This document shows positions 1 through 7,753 of a DNA stretch of 64,000 nucleotides, one piece after another. The first letter of the stretch is position 1, and each line of letters begins with the position of its first letter. The notes below the pieces were generated by a model. It was not told the DNA's origin. It saw nothing but the letters and a program-made list of their open reading frames with translations, and ran no database searches. Source of the stretch: an uncultured Verrucomicrobiota bacterium (lineage in GTDB: Bacteria > Verrucomicrobiota > Kiritimatiellia > RFP12 > UBA1067); the NCBI GenBank assembly GCA_946533675.1, contig CAMNBZ010000013.1, positions 2,391 to 66,390 of the forward strand, in the 5' to 3' direction. The translations under genes and the position numbers were made by a program.

Positions 1-12
1 TGTGCGATTTTA

Positions 13-290
13 GGGGGGGGGGGGGCAGCCTCTCAGCCTCACGCGCCGCACCTCGCCTAGCACAACAGCGTAACACCGCGCAACTTCCGCGCGCATCGTC
101 CCGTTCCCCAAGGCGTTTCGCGCGCCATCCCGCGCGCATCGTCCGCGCACTCATTTCCGCGCAACTTCCGCGCGCATCATCCCTACAGCCAATCCCGCGC
201 AACTTCCGCGCGCAATCGTCGCTTCGGCCCCTTCTGTCGCTTGCGTCCCTTTCCCCGATTGCGTCGCTTGCGTCCCTTTTCCCCGATTGC
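13..290. repeat. Low-complexity region: G13 tract, 3x CCGCGCAACTTCCGCGCGCA, 2x 27-28 bp tandem repeat
   Basis: G run at 13-25; motif copies at 76-97, 157-178, 195-214; GTCGCTTGCGTCCCTTT(T)CCCCGATTGC at 236-262 and 263-290. Confidence 0.85.
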
Positions 291-377
291 CCCGATTTGC
301 CCCATACGCCCCGATGCGCTTTGTAATCAACCCTTCATGCACTTGACAAAAACCAAAAGAGAGAAAGGAACAGAACC

Positions 378-3300
378 ATGAAAAGAACAATAGAGATACT
401 GCTTCGACTCGTCGCGCCTCCCGCGCGCCTCGTCGCACTACTACTCGCCGTCGGCGCGGCTGGCGGAGCTTGGGCAGGTTTTAAAATGACCAACCCTGTC
501 ACCGGCAAAGAGGAAACGTACACCTACAAGTTCGTTGGAACGACACATATCTGGAACGGCACACAGTACTGGCAAAATTCGGAAGGTGCCAATCCCTCGG
601 CTGTCCCGGGTGTCACAAATAGCAATCTGTGGGATCCCATCCTCTTCGATGCCAGCGTAAATAGCATTAATATAACAGCCGGGCTTTCAGTTGAGGGCTG
701 GAATCTCAGGATGGGACTCTATAAGGGCGCAAATGTCAAGCTGAACAATCTCCAGAAGCTCCAGGGCAATAATACGCCAATGTGGATAACCGTTGATGGA
801 ACATCTCAATGCACAATTGGCCATATGGCCAATGCGAAGCTCGTAAACTCGTCGCCACTAAGTCTATATTCCGCAAAAATGGGTGGCATCGCTTGGTCTG
901 AGGCTCTTTCCGATTCCAGTAACGGCGATGGATCATCAATGCCGTTTCACTACTACCTGACTGGCACGGGTAGCGTCGCATTCAATGCCGGCATCTCGGT
1001 CACAGGCAACGGCGCTCACGTCATCAAACAGGCCGACGTCACGCTCACGGGCACTTCGCAGGTCTCGTCCAAGACGCTCGTTTCGTTCACTTCCTCCACA
1101 AAGACCTTCACCGCCGACGCCGCTATCAAGGTTTATGACACCGACGGCACCACGCTTGTCAAAACCGTCAACCTCGCCGAGGTGAAAGCCGCTTCCACCC
1201 TCACCACGTCCGATCCGGTCGGCACCTGCGAACTCGTCCAGACCTCCACGGGCATCGTCCTTAAATATGTCGATGGCGACCCCGCTGCGGTCACGGGCTA
1301 TAAGCCTTCCATCAACATTAACTTCACGCATTCGGGCGGCAACCTTACTACGTCTGCCGATGTCGGCCTTGCTCCATACGCCGTCCCCGGCACGGTCTGG
1401 AACAACTACGCCGTCCCGTCCGATGGCGCAACCAGTACGCAAACCTCTGTTTACAGCGTCGATGCCACGGGGGTGAAGTCGCTCGTTTCCGGTTCGACGG
1501 TCTCGATCAGCGGTACGCGCGGCTCGTATACATGCAATACTTTGACTGCGGCCAGCGATTTGCGCCACGGCTATATTGATGAAAAAGCGACAGCAGGGCA
1601 GAACACCCCCACAGTTGTCGTCTCTGGCATTTCATACGAGCGTTATCGCGTTGTGATTTATGCCGCGACCGATACAGCTAATGTCACGTTCAACTACATT
1701 ACCATCAACGGTACGGACTACACTTATGTGGACAGCAAGCTTGCGACCGGCGCGACCGACTGGGGCAGCTCAGGCGCGGCAAATTCCGCAAATGCGCTTG
1801 CAGAGGGCGTGAACGTCCTCGTTTCGCCCGTCTTGCACGGTTCGACGGCTACAATCTCCGGTCATAAAGGTACCTCGGCTCGCGGTTGTATTGCCGCCGT
1901 CCAGATCGTCGAATACACTCCTGAAATTGGAGAAAACGATCTCCTTATTGAACTCGATGGCGACGAAACCCATACCTTCAACGAAGCGAAGACATACGAT
2001 ACCGTTTACGTGACCGGTTCCGGCGCTCTTACCTTCGCCGGCACGACCTCGACGGCTACGACACTTGACATCTCCGGCTCCGCCGCCGTCAACATGAACG
2101 GCTCTTCGCTCACGCCTACCGCCGTCACAGGCACAGGCACGGCGATCTATACTGGCGAGCTTCCTGCTGAAGGTCTTGGTTGGACCGCATCCGCCTGGTA
2201 TGGCACCGTCTGGATCAAGAACTATACGACAAAGGTTGCGAGCTTCCAGAGCAATAAGTATGGCAACGCCGCTTCCACATTGCGACTCACCGGCATGAAC
2301 GGTTATTTCGATTATAAATGGACAGGCAACAATGCTACTGCAAATTATTCGCAGAATGTAGCAATCGAACTTGTCGATGACGGCGACACGCCTGCTTTCA
2401 CGTACAATGATGGGTGGGAGAATACCGTAATTTATTTTGCCAAACTTAAAGGTGCCGGAACGTTGAGGACGGCCGGTTCCGGAAACAAGCAAACGCTTTA
2501 CTTTGCCAACGCCGACGAGTTCACCGGTACGTTTGACCTTGCAGCGCAGAAAATACAGATCGGCGGTGATGAGAAGGCAAACAAAGATACGACAGTCGGC
2601 AACGGCAAGTTGATTGTTGCAGGAACATCTGCTATGACCGCCAACGTCAAGACGGCAAACACTATGACAATCTCCGGGACGATGAATATCACTGGGGCGG
2701 CGACGACAGAAGCAATCATATCCGTCGAAAACGGCGGAGCTCTCAACGTAGCCAACGGCGGCACATTGAGACTTACACGCAATACCGACGACAATGGTAT
2801 AAACCCGTACGCGGGCGTCACCATCAAGTCCGGTGCCACGTGCACCATCGCATCTGGCGGCACGATTACTACCGACGGCCAGGTTACATCGCCATATTAC
2901 CAGTTTGTCGTGAACGGGTCTATGACGGTAGCGGGAGCTTTCACAACCCTCGCCGATGTCGCCGTCAATGCGGGTGGTTCGCTGACCATTGCGGGAACTT
3001 TGAAGGCGGCTTATGGTATTGCTAACAGCGGAACTATTACGCTGAATGGAATCGACAACGTGCCGGTATACGCATCTGGATATCCAACAACAATCACAAA
3101 TAGCGACACGGGCGTAGTGAAATTGACTAGCACGGGTAATGTTAACGACTCGGCAAAGGACTATTCTACCATCAAGGGAACTGGCGTGTTGAAGTATAGC
3201 GGCACAGGCTATAGAACTTTGCCTTATAAGTCAGGCACGCCTGCGAAATACCCTGCCACCACATTGACTTTTGAAAATGAGCAGACCGACGGTGGACTGG

Positions 3301-6296
3301 TAGTGCATCAAGCAGACATTGTCATAGGCAGTCTTAAAGGTTCTGGGAACTTTAGGTCTGATTGGTCTGGAGCCACATCTAGTTCACAAACTCATTCCCT
3401 TGTGATAAAACAAAGCAAGGATACGACATGGAGCGGTGTATTCCAGAATGAGGACAGACTGGCTTCCGTTACAGTTGACGCTGGTGATGATTCAGTTGTC
3501 GGCACACTCACTATTTCTGGAGATCAGGTGGCTGCGAATGCAAGCTACACAACTGCGAGCCATAAGCAGGATAATGCGTTGATAGTCAATGGCTCCGTCA
3601 ACCTTACCGGCACATGGGTCGGCGCCACCACCGTCTCCGGTACGTTTGGCGGCACAGGCACGCTCACGGGCAACCTGACCTTCAACGCGGGCGCGACGTT
3701 CAAGGCGTTCGCGAGCGATACGGACGGGCTTGCCGTCAGCGGCACGGTGACGTGCCCCGCCGAAGGCACGGTGACGGTGGACGTCTCCGCGCTTGAGCAG
3801 ACTGGTACGAAAGTCCTCATGACCGCATCTGGTCTCGACGTCTCGAAGTTCGCTCTTGCGGGCGGCCAGAGCGGCACGCTCTCGGTTGCGGACGGCGCGC
3901 TCAAGGTTTCGTTCACAACGTATGTGGCAGAATACGGCGGCATTCAGTACGAGACCGTTCAGGAGGCCATCAATGCGGCAATCGCGGACGGTCACTCCTA
4001 CGCCGATGTCACCATTCTCGACGCGACGGCCGAATGCCCCGCCGGCTACTATGTCGATACCGAAAACTCCAACGCCCTTACCAAGTACCAGGCGGCGATC
4101 GTCAAGATGGACGAGAGCAAGGTCTATTTCAAGACCGCGCAGCTCGCTTTCGACGATATTGCCGCAAACGCCAATCTTGTCACATACATGCAGGGCTATG
4201 TTTGTGTAGAAGTCTATTACGGTACGGACGTCGCGATTTCCATCAATGCGAGCGCAACGATTTGGGCGATGGGTGTCCCTGTCAAAATCAGGTGCCTTGA
4301 CAGTGCGACGGTGAGCGTCACGACCACCGCTACGGAATCGACTTTGACGGCCGGAGCAGCAGATGAAAACGGCATTGTCACTTATACAAAGGCAGACATC
4401 GCCACTACATATGTTTGGGCCGGCGGAACGACACAGGGGCCGTGGTCCAACCCAAACAAGTGGAAAGTCGGCACATTGGAGGGCGCGACGGCAACGCGCA
4501 AGCCAGGTGCACTCGATACAGTCCAAATAGGAGACGGCGCAAAAGTTACCGATATTGTCGGCTCTTTGAACGTAGCTGCGTTGCAGGTGTCTGGGACGGT
4601 GACGTTCGCCGGCGGCGGGACGCTTACTTCCGCGAGCGCGATTACGCTTGGGGCGAACGACTCCATCGTGATTACCGGCACGCTGAGTCCTGTGCCGACG
4701 ACGACAGTCGCCGACTCCTACGTGAAAGCGACGACTTCGGACAAGACGACCACGTATGTTGTCGATACCTACAAGACCGTCACCATCACCGGCTCCAACA
4801 TGACCGCCACGAGAACCGACACGCTGGGGACGGCTATCAAGGATGGCGACACGATTACCTTCACCATCGCTCCAGCTGAGGGCTATGTGGTGACGGGTGT
4901 CGCTGCCACGCTGGCGGGCGGTTCGTCTGAGACGCTGACTGCGAATAACGGCGTTTATTCGTATGTCGTGAATGGCAATGTCATGATTGCAGTGACTGCT
5001 GCACAGGTGGCAACGGTCGCGGAGCCGAGCTTTGAAGTGTACTATGCCGACTACAGCAAGGCGCAGACGGTGACGCTCGCGGTGTCTGATTATGTAGAAG
5101 ATTCGGTCTATACGCTTCAGGTCGGCAACGGTGCGGCGGTGACGGGCGAGTACGACAGCACAGCGCAGACGGTAACCTTCCGCAACGTCGAAGGATTCAC
5201 GCCCGGCGCGGCGGTGAACTACACAATCACCGTCAGCGGAGCGGCCGCGGGTACGAAGTCCGGCACGGTGACGGCGGCTGCGCCGGCGGTGTCGGGGTGG
5301 GTGAGCGAGACGAAGACGACCATCGGAACCGCGAGCGCCACGGGAACGTGGTCGCCGAATGCGCCGACGTTCGGCGATGCCGACAGCGCGGCGCTTTCCG
5401 GCGAGACGACATTCACCGCGCGCGCTCAGGCGTCCGGCAAGGTGACGCTGACGACGGTTGTCAACTTCGGCAACGAGGCGGCTCCCACGATTGAAATCGG
5501 TGCCGACGCAAAGGCCGCGATCAAGGTCGAGAATAATTCGTTCAAGATCTGGACAAAGACGACGTCTGAGGGCGGAACGGGGGCAACTGCCGATTGGCTG
5601 ACCGTCAGCGGCGCAGAGCCGGATCTGGCGGCTGATTCGACGGTTGTCTTCACGTTCGATACCGATGCGAAGACGTTCACCGCCTCGGTGGGCGGAGCTG
5701 CGCTTTACTATGGCGAGAGCAATGCGAATACCTCGTTCGCATTTGCGAGCGACGGTGTCGCCATCAGTTCCGTCGCCTACAAGGGCGCGGGTTCGTTCAC
5801 TTCGCTGACGGGCGAATACACGACGACCGACGTCACCACCTCCGTTGATGGCAAGCAGGTCGTGGTCGCCAACTCGTTCATCAGCGGCAACGCGGCGCTG
5901 CGCGCGATGACGGTTGCGGAAGCGGCGGCGGCGTTGGCGCCGGATTCGGCCGCCACGTGCGGCAACGGCCTCAATTACTTCAAGTGCTACGCGCTGGGTC
6001 TCGATCCGACGAAGACAGATGACAAGCCGATTGTCGATGTGACGACCGACGCGGAAGGAAAATTCGTCTTCACGGTCAAGCATCCGGTCTACAATGCGCA
6101 AGGCGAGATCATCGGTTATGAGGAAATCAATGCGGCGGACAACGTCTCGACGGCAATCACGCTGAAGTACGGTAATGGGGCGGATGCCTTGACTAGCACA
6201 GCGGCTACGAACACCATCGCGCCGAGTGAGTTGCCGTTTGGTGAGAACAACAACGTCCTCTACTACAAGGCGGAGGTGTCGATCAGCGCGAAGTAA
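378..6296 (+). CDS. Large secreted/surface protein (1972 aa), Thr/Gly/Ala-rich, beta-helix/adhesin-like
   Basis: Long ORF with AGAAAGGA RBS; signal peptide ending AWA; repeated GxGTLT/TVSG-like beta-strand motifs; C-terminal GLNYFKCYALGLDP motif; function not determinable. Confidence 0.8.
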   Translation: MKRTIEILLRLVAPPARLVALLLAVGAAGGAWAGFKMTNPVTGKEETYTYKFVGTTHIWNGTQYWQNSEGANPSAVPGVTNSNLWDPILFDASVNSINITAGLSVEGWNLRMGLYKGANVKLNNLQKLQGNNTPMWITVDGTSQCTIGHMANAKLVNSSPLSLYSAKMGGIAWSEALSDSSNGDGSSMPFHYYLTGTGSVAFNAGISVTGNGAHVIKQADVTLTGTSQVSSKTLVSFTSSTKTFTADAAIKVYDTDGTTLVKTVNLAEVKAASTLTTSDPVGTCELVQTSTGIVLKYVDGDPAAVTGYKPSININFTHSGGNLTTSADVGLAPYAVPGTVWNNYAVPSDGATSTQTSVYSVDATGVKSLVSGSTVSISGTRGSYTCNTLTAASDLRHGYIDEKATAGQNTPTVVVSGISYERYRVVIYAATDTANVTFNYITINGTDYTYVDSKLATGATDWGSSGAANSANALAEGVNVLVSPVLHGSTATISGHKGTSARGCIAAVQIVEYTPEIGENDLLIELDGDETHTFNEAKTYDTVYVTGSGALTFAGTTSTATTLDISGSAAVNMNGSSLTPTAVTGTGTAIYTGELPAEGLGWTASAWYGTVWIKNYTTKVASFQSNKYGNAASTLRLTGMNGYFDYKWTGNNATANYSQNVAIELVDDGDTPAFTYNDGWENTVIYFAKLKGAGTLRTAGSGNKQTLYFANADEFTGTFDLAAQKIQIGGDEKANKDTTVGNGKLIVAGTSAMTANVKTANTMTISGTMNITGAATTEAIISVENGGALNVANGGTLRLTRNTDDNGINPYAGVTIKSGATCTIASGGTITTDGQVTSPYYQFVVNGSMTVAGAFTTLADVAVNAGGSLTIAGTLKAAYGIANSGTITLNGIDNVPVYASGYPTTITNSDTGVVKLTSTGNVNDSAKDYSTIKGTGVLKYSGTGYRTLPYKSGTPAKYPATTLTFENEQTDGGLVVHQADIVIGSLKGSGNFRSDWSGATSSSQTHSLVIKQSKDTTWSGVFQNEDRLASVTVDAGDDSVVGTLTISGDQVAANASYTTASHKQDNALIVNGSVNLTGTWVGATTVSGTFGGTGTLTGNLTFNAGATFKAFASDTDGLAVSGTVTCPAEGTVTVDVSALEQTGTKVLMTASGLDVSKFALAGGQSGTLSVADGALKVSFTTYVAEYGGIQYETVQEAINAAIADGHSYADVTILDATAECPAGYYVDTENSNALTKYQAAIVKMDESKVYFKTAQLAFDDIAANANLVTYMQGYVCVEVYYGTDVAISINASATIWAMGVPVKIRCLDSATVSVTTTATESTLTAGAADENGIVTYTKADIATTYVWAGGTTQGPWSNPNKWKVGTLEGATATRKPGALDTVQIGDGAKVTDIVGSLNVAALQVSGTVTFAGGGTLTSASAITLGANDSIVITGTLSPVPTTTVADSYVKATTSDKTTTYVVDTYKTVTITGSNMTATRTDTLGTAIKDGDTITFTIAPAEGYVVTGVAATLAGGSSETLTANNGVYSYVVNGNVMIAVTAAQVATVAEPSFEVYYADYSKAQTVTLAVSDYVEDSVYTLQVGNGAAVTGEYDSTAQTVTFRNVEGFTPGAAVNYTITVSGAAAGTKSGTVTAAAPAVSGWVSETKTTIGTASATGTWSPNAPTFGDADSAALSGETTFTARAQASGKVTLTTVVNFGNEAAPTIEIGADAKAAIKVENNSFKIWTKTTSEGGTGATADWLTVSGAEPDLAADSTVVFTFDTDAKTFTASVGGAALYYGESNANTSFAFASDGVAISSVAYKGAGSFTSLTGEYTTTDVTTSVDGKQVVVANSFISGNAALRAMTVAEAAAALAPDSAATCGNGLNYFKCYALGLDPTKTDDKPIVDVTTDAEGKFVFTVKHPVYNAQGEIIGYEEINAADNVSTAITLKYGNGADALTSTAATNTIAPSELPFGENNNVLYYKAEVSISAK

Positions 6297-6337
6297 GCCG
6301 TAGCCCAAAGATTTAGGCGTCGTGGTTGTCGCCGAGT

Positions 6338-6380
6338 CCCCGCAGGTGAATGCGATCCATAGCCTGCGGGGGCGTTTTTT
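6338..6380 (+). terminator. Probable intrinsic terminator
   Basis: CCCCGCAGG / CCTGCGGGG stem followed by a T run, 40 nt after the stop of the large gene. Confidence 0.6.
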
Positions 6381-6486
6381 TACACGCCTCCTCGCATTCA
6401 TAAATACGCGGATCGCGGGGTCTGTCCCCGTCCTTTCTGAATACGCGTATCCGCATTTGGATCGTGGGGTCTGTCCCCGCCGATCG

Positions 6487-6514
6487 CGGGCGATTGGGGA
6501 CAATCGCCCCTACC
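6487..6514 (-). repeat. GTAG-type REP
   Basis: Reverse complement reads GGTAG-GGGCGATTG-TCCC-CAATCGCCC-G: GTAG tetranucleotide plus hairpin. Confidence 0.8.
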
Positions 6515-6567
6515 AGACGATTGCACGGACTAGGATCGCGGGGTCTGTCCCCGACGATTTCAAAAAA

Positions 6568-6603
6568 CTCTGCGTCCTCTGCGGCTCTGCGACTCTGCGT
6601 TAA
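6568..6603 (+). repeat. CTCTGCG-based short tandem repeat (4 units, 8-9 nt period)
   Basis: CTCTGCGTC CTCTGCGG CTCTGCGA CTCTGCGT TAA; related copy at 43120-43146. Confidence 0.8.
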
Positions 6604-6662
6604 ATAACCCTCACCCGGATAAGTTGAATCCGCGTGGGGACAGACCCCGCGCGCCGGGGAGA

Positions 6663-6704
6663 AATCTTAAGAAAATCTTAAGATAATCTTAAGACAAAAT
6701 TAAG
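6663..6704. promoter_or_regulatory. Phased AATCTTAAG repeats upstream of RAYT promoter-like -10
   Basis: AATCTTAAG at 6663, 6674, 6685 (11-bp period) plus AAATTAAG at 6697; extended -10-like TGcCATAAT at 6723-6731. Confidence 0.5.
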
Positions 6705-6794
6705 ATTTCTTTTTCGGATTTATGCCATAATATCCGCGTCTTGACGGTCAAGACGGCTTTATAACGCATCAAAAACACCACGGAGGATCAGATT

Positions 6795-7628
6795 ATGGCA
6801 CGAACGGCGCGGATGAAACTGACGGGCGAGGGCACGGCGTACTACCATCTCATGTCCCGCACGAACGACAGACGCTTCCTTTTCGAGAAGGGGCGCGTCA
6901 AGACGGAGCTCGTCGCGGCCTTGCGCCGCGCGGCCGCGTTCAGCGGCATAGAGCTCAAGGCGCTGGTGGCGATGGACAACCACTTCCACGTCATCTGCAA
7001 GGTCGTGCGCGGCGCGGGGCCTGTCCCCGCGGATGAAATCCTGCGCCGTGTCGCAACCCTGAAGGGGAGCCGCGCGGCCGACCGGCTCGCGGAACGCTGG
7101 CGCGCCCTTGAGAAAGCGGGTCATTACGCCGAACGGGACGCGGAGCTGAACCGCTGGCGCGCGCGGATGAACGACATCAGCGCAATGATGAAGACATTCA
7201 AGGAGCAGTTCAACATCTGGTTCAAGCGCGAGCACGGCTACTGCGGGAGCCTGTGGAGCGGGCGTTTCGCCTCAACGCTGATCGAGGACGGGCGGTATCT
7301 CGCGACCTGCATGCGCTACGTGGCGCTCAACCCGGTGCGCGCGCGGCTCGTCACGCAGGCGAAGGACTACCGCTGGTCGTGGACGGCCGAGCCGCCGCCC
7401 TGCCCCGCGGGGCCTGTCCCCGCTGACGAGGGGCCTGTCCCCGCGGTGGCGCTGCTGAAGCGGGTGGCGCAGATCGGCGGCGGAAAGGTGTTCGGCAGCC
7501 GAGAGTTCGTGGCGCGGTGGGTGGTCAACCTGGGCGCCTGCCTGCGGTCGCGCGCGGCGGGGCCTGTCCCCGTGGGGGAGTGGGCGTATGCGTCGCACGG
7601 GTGGCGGCTTGCCAAGGCGGACGCGTGA
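6795..7628 (+). mobile_element. REP-associated tyrosine transposase (RAYT; IS200/IS605 Y1 HUH family)
   Basis: N-terminal YYHLMSR, HUH motif MDNHFHV, LWSGRFAS, catalytic-Tyr region RYVALNPVRARLV...DYRWS; flanked by REP-like palindromes. Confidence 0.9.
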
Positions 7629-7631
7629 CGC

Positions 7632-7680
7632 GGGGTCTGTCCCCGCGGCGGGGAAGGCGGGGCGCGCGGGGTCTGTCCCC
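7632..7680. repeat. Two GGGGTCTGTCCCC copies just downstream of RAYT
   Basis: Copies at 7632-7644 and 7668-7680. Confidence 0.9.
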
Positions 7681-7753
7681 GGATGCGATGGCAGCGGAAA
7701 AATTCACGCGACGGCCCCTTTACATCGGACAACGAAAAAGGTATACTGATGGC

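Larger units (their letters stand above)
6417..6648. repeat. Cluster of GGGGTCTGTCCCC REP-like palindromes upstream of RAYT
   Basis: Copies at 6417-6429, 6466-6478, 6540-6552 (each preceded by GGATCG(C/T)) and an inverted copy at 6636-6648. Confidence 0.9.

Noticed and set aside
6795-7628. IS200/IS605 insertion sequence with TnpB
   Set aside because: No tnpB and no IS end pair; motif set and multiple flanking REPs fit RAYT better
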